A DNA stretch of 34,429 nucleotides from Pyrinomonadaceae bacterium (GTDB lineage Bacteria > Acidobacteriota > Blastocatellia > Pyrinomonadales > Pyrinomonadaceae). Below the pieces are notes generated by a model. It was not told where the DNA came from and ran no database searches. It saw nothing but the letters and a program-made list of their open reading frames with translations. Made by a program: the position numbers and the translations under genes. Below are positions 7,979 through 15,675 of the stretch, piece after piece; within the stretch, counting starts at the first letter, position 1, and the number at the start of each line of letters is the position of its first letter. Where the stretch lies: positions 1 to 34,429 of the forward strand of contig DATHJK010000261.1 in NCBI GenBank assembly GCA_035316225.1, in the 5' to 3' direction.

Positions 7979-8767
7979 ATGGACGTGACGTTTGAGACAA
8001 TCGGGCTTGAAGTGCCGAGCGAGAAAGCTTTCAACTACCTCGCGGAGCGAGCGGGCAATCAAGGCGAGGCGACGCAACTGATGCGGCGAGGCGCTGTGCT
8101 TCACGGTCGCTGCTGGAAGTTGGGCGAAGGTCTTGAAGTCTGGACGGTGCTTTACGAATCGGGCACTGGCGAGATTTTCTACGCCGACTGTCGCCCAGGC
8201 TTTAGAGCGCGCTACACGCAGCGCATAAGCCCCTGGGCTTTGACTGAATACGATGAAGAGGGCGAGGCAGTCATTCACGGCTACTGCGATGGCACGGACA
8301 CGGAAGTTCTGTTCGAGCTTCAAAATCTTACGGAGGTGGGCGCGCAGGGTTTCCGCGCGCAGGAGCTTCACGTAGGCTTGTGCGGCCTAGCCTATAGAGC
8401 GCGCGTCTGCTCGCGCCCGGTGAAAGCGCGCTGGCAGCCTCTGGAGCAGACTGCGCCGTCTCGTGCGGCGCACGAAAACGATTGGGGACTGACCGGGCGC
8501 GTTATCGCCTTCAAGCCGCTTCGCAACCCGCTTTCTGGAAGCAACCTTTACTGGGTTTACGTTGATCTGGATCGTCTCAAGCTCGAAATCCTGGTGAACG
8601 GGCGCTCGCTGCGCGGCGGTAACCTTCAGATCGGCGCAACCATTTCCGCAGAAGTCTGGTTGCAAGGCCACGTGCTGGACGAGCGAGCGCTTCGTTCTCG
8701 CTTCGAGGGCGTTGACCCTGCTTATGCGACCGTCGCTTTCTGGCAAGGGCTGAGAAGGAGAAATTAA
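7979..8767 (+). CDS. Hypothetical cytoplasmic protein (262 aa), no family recognised
   Basis: Long ORF with GC-rich third positions like its neighbours. No signal peptide or motif that I can name. Confidence 0.6.
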   Translation: MDVTFETIGLEVPSEKAFNYLAERAGNQGEATQLMRRGAVLHGRCWKLGEGLEVWTVLYESGTGEIFYADCRPGFRARYTQRISPWALTEYDEEGEAVIHGYCDGTDTEVLFELQNLTEVGAQGFRAQELHVGLCGLAYRARVCSRPVKARWQPLEQTAPSRAAHENDWGLTGRVIAFKPLRNPLSGSNLYWVYVDLDRLKLEILVNGRSLRGGNLQIGATISAEVWLQGHVLDERALRSRFEGVDPAYATVAFWQGLRRRN

Positions 8768-8768
8768 T

Positions 8769-8856
8769 CAGGAGTCAGAATTCAGAAGCCATTAGCCAGA
8801 AGAAAAGTTTGCATCCGCATATCTTCTGACTCTTGACTCCTGACTTCTGACTCCTG
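8769..8856. repeat. CAGGAGT/CAGAAGT heptamer hairpin (5 units per arm), followed by a T-run
   Basis: Left arm CAGGAGT CAGAATT CAGAAGC CATTAGC CAGAAGA (8769-8803). The reverse complement of the right arm (8822-8856) reads CAGGAGT CAGAAGT CAGGAGT CAAGAGT CAGAAGA, about 29/35 complementary. CTTTTTT then the ATG at 8864 follow. Confidence 0.85.
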
Positions 8857-8863
8857 CTTTTTT

Positions 8864-9490
8864 ATGAAACGCCTGCTCGTCATCCTCATCCTTCTTGTGC
8901 TCGTGGGCGCGGGCGCGTACTTTTTCAATCAATACTGGATTCACCGCTTCGATCCGTTGATAGCTCGTCAGGCGGGCATCTATCGCATTGACCCTGATCT
9001 GGTGTGGTGCGTCGTTTACGAGGAGACGTATTTTCGCCCGTGGAAGGTTGGAAACGACGGCGAGATTGGATTGATGCAGATAACGCCTGCCGTGGGGCGC
9101 ATGTGGGCTACAGAGACGGGCATGCGTGATTTCGAGCGGCAGATGGCACAAGACCCTAAGAAATTTTTAAGTGACCCAGAGCGCAACATACAGATAGGTT
9201 GCTGGTATCTTGAGAAATTCTACGAGCAGTTCCGCGACATGCCGGGCGCAGAGGCTCGCATGGTCGCAGGCTACAACGCAGGCGCTAGCCGCGCGGAGGA
9301 GTGGAATCGCTCTTCCGATAATCGCCAGCTTTCCGCAGACGAATTCATAACGCGCATTGACATACCTTCCACGCGCGCTTACGTCTCTTCGATCCTCAAC
9401 CGATACAGAAAACTGAAAGCAGAGAGAGCAAGAGAGCAGCAGCAGCTACAGGCGAATTCTAATGCAAACTCGGCGGGGGGCGGGCATTGA
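8864..9490 (+). CDS. Lytic transglycosylase, SLT domain (GH23), membrane-anchored
   Basis: N-terminal TM (LLVILILLVLVGAGAYFF). Catalytic-Glu region VVYEETYFRP, plus GLMQI and AGYNAG motifs. Confidence 0.8.
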   Translation: MKRLLVILILLVLVGAGAYFFNQYWIHRFDPLIARQAGIYRIDPDLVWCVVYEETYFRPWKVGNDGEIGLMQITPAVGRMWATETGMRDFERQMAQDPKKFLSDPERNIQIGCWYLEKFYEQFRDMPGAEARMVAGYNAGASRAEEWNRSSDNRQLSADEFITRIDIPSTRAYVSSILNRYRKLKAERAREQQQLQANSNANSAGGGH

Positions 9491-10827
9491 CCTTCCGAGA
9501 GTTGCTGAAAGCCAATGCGGATTTTCGCCGCCTGTGGTCAGGTCAGGTCATATCCGAGATTGGCGACTGGCTCAACAACATCGCCGTGCTCGCGCTCACC
9601 ATCGAGATAGCGGGCGCTGGTCACGAAGGGCTTGCTATTGCAATCTACGCAATCGCTCGCCACCTGCCGCTATTTCTCTTTGGGCCAATCGCGGGCATAG
9701 TTGCGGATCGCGTTGACCGCAGAAGAATAATGATAGCGTCGGATGTAGCGCGCGCTCTTCTTGCGCTAGGGTTCATTCTGGCGAACAGATTTCTATCGCT
9801 CTCCGTAATCTACATCGTAGGCTCGTCGCTCTTTTCAGTCTCTTCGTTCTTCAACGCAGCGAAGCGCGCTTCAATTCCGAATCTGACGAACACAACGGAA
9901 GAACTGTTGAGCGCCAATTCGCTCTCGGCTTCTACTACGGCTGCGACCATTGCTATAGGCTCAGCCCTGGGCGGAATGGTCGCAACCTTCGTAGGCCGCA
10001 ACGCAGTCTTCATTATCAATGCACTCACTTTCCTGGCATCGGCTGAGATGATTCGTCGTATTCGAGTTCAGCTTCAACAAGACGCGGGGATTAAAAACAG
10101 GAGTTTGGAAAGAGGTGTTCATTTCGCCTCACCACCGCATCGCCGCATCATTGCATCTTTGCGACAAGCAGTTGCTGATTTCCGAGAAGGATTGAGTTAC
10201 GTACGCCACGTACCTATCCTCTCTGCCGTCTTCATAGTCGCGTGCGGTTGGGGATTAGGGAATGGCGTTGCGCGCGCGCTTTACAGCATCTTCGGCGCTA
10301 GACTCGGAGTCGCGGCTGTTCAGGGACAAGTGGCGCGGCCAATGGACTTTGGAATCTCTGTGCTCTTTGTTGCAATGGGATTGGGCGGCGTGCTTGGCGC
10401 GCCCATAGCGCGCAGGTTCAATGCAGGGTCTACTGAAGCGCTGGGGTCGCGCATGGGACGCTCCATGATGTTCGACGGAGTAGGGCTGCTTCTATTCAGT
10501 TTGATGCCGAACCTCTGGGGCGCTGCTTTCGTATTGGTCGCGCGCGAGATTAACTTCGCAATCTGGTGGACTGCGCAGCAGACCATAGTGATGAGCCGCA
10601 CAGCAGATCGCTTCGCAGGCCGCGTCTTCGCTTCATATGAAACTCTGACGACGCTTGCGATGGTAAGCTCCATGCTGGTTTCGGGCGCAGCCGCGGACAG
10701 GTTCGGCATAAGACCTGTGGCTGGCGCGGGCGGCGCTTGTATTGCTCTCTCAGGACTGATGTGGTTCTGGCTCAAACACAGGCAGCGCGCGAGCGAACAA
10801 AGCCGCGCAGAAGATTTTTCAACATAA
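9487..10827 (+). CDS. MFS transporter (MFS_3 / EntS-like subfamily)
   Basis: 446 aa with about 12 hydrophobic segments. The N-terminus FRRLWSGQVISEIGDWLNNIAVLAL is typical of this subfamily. The TTG start overlaps the upstream stop. Confidence 0.75.
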   Translation: MTFRELLKANADFRRLWSGQVISEIGDWLNNIAVLALTIEIAGAGHEGLAIAIYAIARHLPLFLFGPIAGIVADRVDRRRIMIASDVARALLALGFILANRFLSLSVIYIVGSSLFSVSSFFNAAKRASIPNLTNTTEELLSANSLSASTTAATIAIGSALGGMVATFVGRNAVFIINALTFLASAEMIRRIRVQLQQDAGIKNRSLERGVHFASPPHRRIIASLRQAVADFREGLSYVRHVPILSAVFIVACGWGLGNGVARALYSIFGARLGVAAVQGQVARPMDFGISVLFVAMGLGGVLGAPIARRFNAGSTEALGSRMGRSMMFDGVGLLLFSLMPNLWGAAFVLVAREINFAIWWTAQQTIVMSRTADRFAGRVFASYETLTTLAMVSSMLVSGAAADRFGIRPVAGAGGACIALSGLMWFWLKHRQRASEQSRAEDFST

Positions 10828-10879
10828 CTTTTGCGTGTGTGATTGCAGACGATTAAGATTCATTTGAATTAAAAAGCTT

Positions 10880-12238
10880 ATGACCACACTTTATTGCGCC
10901 GACTGGATTATTCCAATGTCGTCCGCGCCGGTTGCGGATGGAGCAATCGCTGTTGACGGATCGCAAATCGTTGGCGTCGGCAAGCGCGCTTCGCTCGTGG
11001 CACGATTCCATGACGCGCGGGCACAGGATTTCGGAGAAGCTGCCATCATTCCCGGGCTAGTCAACACGCACTCGCATCTTGAGTTGACGGCGCTTCGCGG
11101 TTTTCTTGAAGACGTGGAGGGGAATTTTCTGGCGTGGTTGATGAAGTTGACGCTGGCGCGACAGTATCACATGACGCCGGATGATCTTTACGTGTCGGCA
11201 GCGTGGGGCGCTGTGGAGGCTGCGCGCGCTGGCGTGACCTGTATGGCGGATGCGGGCGATGCGGCCATCACGAACATGAGAGCTTTGCGCGATGTGGGTT
11301 TCCGGGGAATTGTTCATCAGGAATCGTTCGGGCCTGATCCTGCTCTGGCTCATGACCAGCTTGAAAAGCTGAAGGAGAAGGTGGGCCAACTGCGCGAGCT
11401 TGAGACGGAACTGGTCAAAGCAGGCGTTTCGCCTCACGCGCCTTATAGTGTGTGCGCGCGTCAACTGGAACTTGTCACCGATTACGCGCTCGCCCAAAAA
11501 CTTCCGCTCACGATTCACGCTTCGGAATCGGAAGCTGAAGAGCTTTTCATGTTCGAGGGAACGGGGCCGTTCGCTGAGGCGCTCGCGCTGCGCGGCATAG
11601 AGTGGAAAGCTCCGGGCATTTCAACGATTCAATATCTACAGCAACATGGGGTGATGCGCGCGCGCCCGCTGCTTGCGCACTGCGTTCGTGTGAACGAGAA
11701 GGATTTGGAGATAATCAAAGCAGAGGATGCGCGCATAGCTCACTGCCCGAAGTCGAATGCTAAGCTGGGTCACGGCTCCGCTTCATATACAGGATTTCTC
11801 AGGCATGAAATCAGAACCGGCTTCGGCAGCGATTCCGTTGCGAGCAACAATACCTGCGACATCATGGACGAAGCGCGCACGGCGCTGACAATCTCGCGTG
11901 CGCGTGGCGACGTGATTGGCGATGACGAGATGGTGAAGGCGGAGCAGGCTCTATTGACTGCGACCGCTGGCGGCGCTCGCGCTCTAGGGCTTGAAAATCG
12001 GATTGGCACGCTTGACGAAGGCATGCAGGCCGATTTCGCAGCCATAGCTTTAGCCAGAGCGCACCAGCTTCCAATTTACGATCCCATCAATACGCTCATT
12101 CATTCAACTTCAGGACGAGACGTTCTGCTAACTGTCGTCGCGGGACGAGAGATTTTCAAGGAAGGTCGAGTCCAGACCATTGACGAAGACCGCCTGCGCG
12201 CACGCATCAGGGAGATAGGTGGGAGAATAAAGGCGTGA
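10880..12238 (+). CDS. Amidohydrolase-superfamily deaminase/chlorohydrolase (ATZ/TRZ-MtaD-like)
   Basis: Metal-binding HxH (GLVNTHSHLE), SPHAPYS, IHASES, and AHC...D near the C-terminus. The substrate cannot be assigned from sequence. Confidence 0.7.
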   Translation: MTTLYCADWIIPMSSAPVADGAIAVDGSQIVGVGKRASLVARFHDARAQDFGEAAIIPGLVNTHSHLELTALRGFLEDVEGNFLAWLMKLTLARQYHMTPDDLYVSAAWGAVEAARAGVTCMADAGDAAITNMRALRDVGFRGIVHQESFGPDPALAHDQLEKLKEKVGQLRELETELVKAGVSPHAPYSVCARQLELVTDYALAQKLPLTIHASESEAEELFMFEGTGPFAEALALRGIEWKAPGISTIQYLQQHGVMRARPLLAHCVRVNEKDLEIIKAEDARIAHCPKSNAKLGHGSASYTGFLRHEIRTGFGSDSVASNNTCDIMDEARTALTISRARGDVIGDDEMVKAEQALLTATAGGARALGLENRIGTLDEGMQADFAAIALARAHQLPIYDPINTLIHSTSGRDVLLTVVAGREIFKEGRVQTIDEDRLRARIREIGGRIKA

Positions 12239-12241
12239 ACG

Positions 12242-12307
12242 GTGAATCGTAAATCGTGGTTAAGAGCTTTCGCGCTCTGCTTTTTCAATTCACGATTTAC
12301 GATTCAC
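12242..12307. repeat. GTGAATC/GTAAATC hairpin (perfect 17-bp stem) with a small terminator-like hairpin in its loop
   Basis: GTGAATCGTAAATCGTG (12242-12258) is the exact reverse complement of 12291-12307. The loop contains AGAGC-tttcgc-GCTCT followed by GCTTTTT (12263-12285). Confidence 0.85.
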
Positions 12308-12342
12308 TATAGCGAATTGCATGTAACCCTGAAGCCAGCGTC

Positions 12343-12424
12343 AATGTCAGTAGCGGCCTGCTAAAGCTCGCGCGGGCGATGATTACGTTGCGACCCGCCC
12401 ACTACCGTAGGCGGTACTGACATT
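12343..12424. repeat. GTCAGTACCGCC-terminus palindromic element (copy 1, reverse orientation)
   Basis: AATGTCAGTAGCGGCCTGC...GTAGGCGGTACTGACATT. The reverse complement of 12382-12423 matches 32172-32206: the first 29 nt from GTCAGTAC agree at 27/29, with an extra CGCAACGT block in this copy. Confidence 0.8.
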
Positions 12425-12437
12425 CAGTCGTCGCTGC

Positions 12438-13793
12438 TTAAGAGCAAGATGCAGCGATGGCTTCATCGAAAATCTCCAGTGCCACATCAACGTGCTCGCG
12501 CTTGAGGATGAGCGGCGGCGACCAGCGTATGGTGTTGAAGCCGCAGCCTAGTAGTATCAGACCGCGCTCGAAGCAGGCCGTCTCTACGCGGTCGCGCAAG
12601 TCTGCATCCGGTTTCATAGAAGCTTTGTCGGTAACAAATTCTACGCCGAGCATCATGCCTAGTCCGCGCACGTCGCCAATGCAATCGTGCTTCTGCTCTA
12701 ACCTTCTCAAGCCCGCTTCCAGATAAGCTCCGACAGATGCAGCGTTAGCAACCAACTCGCGCTCAAGCAACTCAATCGTCTTGAGCGCAGCCGCGATGGC
12801 TACAGGGTTGCCGCCGAAAGTGGAAGCGTGCGCGCCCGGTTTCCAGTCCATCAAATCCGCGCGCGCGACGGTCGCTCCTATGGGAAGCCCTGAGCCTATG
12901 CCTTTGGCAATCGTCACGATGTCAGGCTTCAAATCGTAATGCTCGGAGGCGAACATCTTGCCGGTGCGTCCCATGCCGGATTGAACTTCGTCAACAATCA
13001 GTAGAATTCCATGCTCGTCGCAGATGCGTCTGAGTCCTTGCAAAAACTCACGCGGCGCGGGCACGTATCCGCCTTCGCCCTGCACGCATTCAACTACGAT
13101 GCCCGCAACCTCCTCAGGCGGCGTCGTCGTTTTGAACAGACGATTCTCTATCCAGTCAAGACACGCACGGCTAACCGTAGCCGCATCCGAACGCTCGCCC
13201 GTGAATGGATGACGAAAAACATTCGGGTAGGGCACGTGAACTACGTCCAGCGCCTGACGCTTGAACCCTTTTCGCTGAGCGATCTTCGATGAAGTCAGAG
13301 AGAGCGAGCCGAGCGTGCGACCATGAAAGCTGTTGAAGAAGGCTATGAACTTTTCGCGCCCTGTCGCGTGCATAGCGAGCTTCAGTGCAGTCTCAACCGC
13401 CTCTGTGCCGCTGTTGGCAAAGTGCGTTCGCGTAGGACTCTCTACAGGCACAATCTCGTCAAGTTTTTGGGCAAGCGCGGGCATGTGCCTGTAATAAAAA
13501 TCCGTGCCGCACATGTGTATCAACTGCGCGGCCTGATCCTGAATCGCTTTCACTACTTCCGGGTGGCAGTGACCCGTTGAGCAGACGGCTACGCCCGCGT
13601 TGCAATCCAGAAAGAGGTTGCCGTCAACGTCCGTAACCCAGACGCCCTCGCCCCGCTCGGCCACCAATTTGAAAGAAGGGCGCGGGTAAGAAGGATTAAC
13701 CCATTGCGCGTCGGCCTCTACAATCTGTCGTCCTATGGGGCCGGGCAGCTCTGTCTTGATTTCAGGCTTTCGGGGCGGTGCAATTGTTGACAT
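12438..13793 (-). CDS. Class-III PLP aminotransferase (4-aminobutyrate/acetylornithine aminotransferase family)
   Basis: LIVDEVQSGMGRTGKMFA, the PLP lysine in TIAKGIGSGLP, and a GabT-like N-terminus. AAGGAG SD upstream. Confidence 0.8.
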   Translation of the reverse strand: MSTIAPPRKPEIKTELPGPIGRQIVEADAQWVNPSYPRPSFKLVAERGEGVWVTDVDGNLFLDCNAGVAVCSTGHCHPEVVKAIQDQAAQLIHMCGTDFYYRHMPALAQKLDEIVPVESPTRTHFANSGTEAVETALKLAMHATGREKFIAFFNSFHGRTLGSLSLTSSKIAQRKGFKRQALDVVHVPYPNVFRHPFTGERSDAATVSRACLDWIENRLFKTTTPPEEVAGIVVECVQGEGGYVPAPREFLQGLRRICDEHGILLIVDEVQSGMGRTGKMFASEHYDLKPDIVTIAKGIGSGLPIGATVARADLMDWKPGAHASTFGGNPVAIAAALKTIELLERELVANAASVGAYLEAGLRRLEQKHDCIGDVRGLGMMLGVEFVTDKASMKPDADLRDRVETACFERGLILLGCGFNTIRWSPPLILKREHVDVALEIFDEAIAASCS

Positions 13794-13948
13794 GACACTT
13801 TCTCCTTTGATGAAAGGCGAGGGAAGTAAATGGAATTTAGAAGGATGAAGCGGCGGTCTGGACGAAGAGAGAGTTAATCGGCGAAAAGATTAGCGCGCGA
13901 TTCTACGGGACGAAAATGTGAATTGCGGAAGAGAAACATATGAAAAGC

Positions 13949-14035
13949 AGTGATGAGTGATGAGTGATAAGTGATAAGAAAGAACTAAAGCTTTTTGTCT
14001 TATCACTTATCACTTATCACTCATCACTTATCACT
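13949..14035. repeat. GTGATGA/GTGATAA heptamer hairpin (~30-bp stem, 18-nt loop)
   Basis: Left arm AGTGATGAGTGATGAGTGATAAGTGATAAGA (13949-13979), right arm 13998-14035. The inner 17 bp are perfect. The loop AAGAACTAAAGCTTTTTG resembles the loop of 5410-5483. Confidence 0.9.
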
Positions 14036-14047
14036 ATATCATTCATG

Positions 14048-15448
14048 TTAGCGCCGTTTCCAGCGCACGCCGTCTTTGGTGTCTTCCAATGTGATGCCGC
14101 GCGCGGTCAGTTCGTCGCGTATCTCGTCGGCGCGTGTGAAGTCGCGGCGGCGGCGCGCTTCCTGTCGCTCGTCAATCAGCTTTTGAACCTCTTCGTCCAG
14201 CATTAGCGGTTGCTCTTCAACGAAAATGTTTAAGACCGTGTTGAATCGCTCGATCAAAGCCAGAAGCTCGCGCTTGTTCTCTTCGTAGAGAGCGTGGTCT
14301 GCTATGGCAGTGTTCACCTCGCGCGTCAGGTTGTGAATCGCAGCCAGCGCAACGGAAGTGTTCAGGTCATCGTCCATTCCGGCCTCGAACCCTTCGAGCG
14401 CACGGCTAGCGGCGTCTCGCAGACGCTCGTTAGCGCCCGGCTCGGCTTTGGCTTCCTTCAGGCGCGCATGAAAATCCCTTAATCCTTCGACAGTCTTTTC
14501 AGCCGCGCGCAAGCCTTCCAGAGTGAAGTTGATCTGCTTTCTATAGGGCACGCTCAGCAGGTAGTAGCGCACCGCTGTTGCATCGAAGCCCTGCTCTTTC
14601 AGATCGCGGAAAGTATAGTAGTTGCCCTTGGACTTAGACATGGATTCGCCGTTCACCTTCAGGTGCTCGTAGTGAATCCAGTATTTTACGAACTGCTTAT
14701 TGGTCGCGCCTTCCGATTGCGCAATCTCGTTCTCGTGATGCGGGAAGATAAGATCAACGCCCCCGGTGTGAATGTCAAACGTCTCGCCCAGATATTTCAT
14801 AGACATCGCAGAGCATTCGATGTGCCAGCCGGGACGACCGCGACCAATCTCCGTATCCCACGCAGGCTCATCCGGCGAGTCCGCGCCCTTCCACAATGCG
14901 AAGTCGCGCGCGTCCTCTTTCTCATACTTGTCCGTGTCAACGCGCTCGCTCGCGCCCGCGATGTTGCCAGCGAAATTTATCTTCGAGAGCTTGCCGTACT
15001 CTTCAAACGAACTGATGCGGTAATAGACAGAATCGTCTGAGCGATAAGCGTGACCGCGCTCTTCCAGTTTTTCTATGAGCGAGACCATTTCGGAGATGTG
15101 GTGCGTGGCGCGCGGCGCTACTTCAGGGCGCTCGCAGCCCAGAGCCTCAAAGTCTTCCCAGAAGGCCACGATATACTTTGCGGTATATTCGTCAAGCGGA
15201 AGCCCGGCCTCCAACGATTGCGTGATGATGCGGTCGTCCACGTCCGTAATGTTCATCACGTGCGTTACCTCGAAGCCTTTGAACTTGAGATAGCGCCTGA
15301 GAATATCCGTGCACATGACGGAACGGAAATTTCCTATGTGGCCGTAATTCCAGACGGTCGGCCCGCAGTAGTACATCCTGGCTTCGCCCTCACGCATAGG
15401 GCGAAACTCTTCTAACTGGCTCGTAAGTGTGTTGAAGAATCTAAGCAT
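14048..15448 (-). CDS. cysS: Cysteine--tRNA ligase
   Basis: HIGH-type motif (YGHIGNFRS), KMSKS-type motif (SMSKSKGN), and CysRS-like length (466 aa). I chose ATG 15448 (MLRFFNTLT...). The extra 16 codons in the ORF track are a translated repeat. Confidence 0.9.
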   Translation of the reverse strand: MLRFFNTLTSQLEEFRPMREGEARMYYCGPTVWNYGHIGNFRSVMCTDILRRYLKFKGFEVTHVMNITDVDDRIITQSLEAGLPLDEYTAKYIVAFWEDFEALGCERPEVAPRATHHISEMVSLIEKLEERGHAYRSDDSVYYRISSFEEYGKLSKINFAGNIAGASERVDTDKYEKEDARDFALWKGADSPDEPAWDTEIGRGRPGWHIECSAMSMKYLGETFDIHTGGVDLIFPHHENEIAQSEGATNKQFVKYWIHYEHLKVNGESMSKSKGNYYTFRDLKEQGFDATAVRYYLLSVPYRKQINFTLEGLRAAEKTVEGLRDFHARLKEAKAEPGANERLRDAASRALEGFEAGMDDDLNTSVALAAIHNLTREVNTAIADHALYEENKRELLALIERFNTVLNIFVEEQPLMLDEEVQKLIDERQEARRRRDFTRADEIRDELTARGITLEDTKDGVRWKRR

Positions 15449-15454
15449 AAAAAG

Positions 15455-15500
15455 CAGATGCCGGATGTCAGATGTTAGATGCTGGACATCAAGCATCTAC
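15455..15500. repeat. Single-arm heptamer tract (CAGATGY type) with a small internal hairpin
   Basis: CAGATGC CGGATGT CAGATGT TAGATGC, then TGGACATCAAGCATCTAC. TAGATGC (15476-15482) pairs with GCATCTA (15493-15499). On the minus strand it ends ...CATCTGCTTTTT directly before the cysS ATG. Confidence 0.8.
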
Positions 15501-15566
15501 TTACTTTAGGGAAGGAAGATTTTTGAGTCAAACGCGGAGTGGTGTGGGGTGAACGGTTTTAGAGTC

Positions 15567-15663
15567 TCACGCAAAGACGCAAAGGCGCTAAGAAGAACGC
15601 AAAGGAATTGAATAACATTTTCTTCTTGCGTCTTCTTCTTTGCGCCTTTGCATCTTTGCGTGA
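15567..15663. repeat. CGCAAAG-type hairpin (~40-nt imperfect arms)
   Basis: Left arm TCACGCAAAGACGCAAAGGCGCTAAGAAGAACGCAAAGGAA. The right arm's reverse complement is TCACGCAAAGATGCAAAGGCGCAAAGAAGAAGACGCAAGAAGAA. Begins 12 nt after the thiL stop. Confidence 0.85.
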
Positions 15664-15675
15664 AACCTATTTTTT

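Noticed and set aside
5410-14035. The gene-hairpin-gene-hairpin layout resembles an integron cassette array with attC sites.
   Set aside because: The hairpin ends carry no RYYYAAC/GTTRRRY core sites, and there is no intI or attI. The flanked genes include core housekeeping genes (cysS, thiL) on both strands.
13964-14206. Track ORFs that translate repeat arms: 13964-14206, 15506-15715, 16652-16996, 16776-17042, 33339-33548 and 17991-18203.
   Set aside because: Their sequences are dominated by repeat-derived peptides (SLITYHSSLIT, SSLIPHP) or are antisense to strong genes (cysS, thiL, the aminotransferase). They have no SD.
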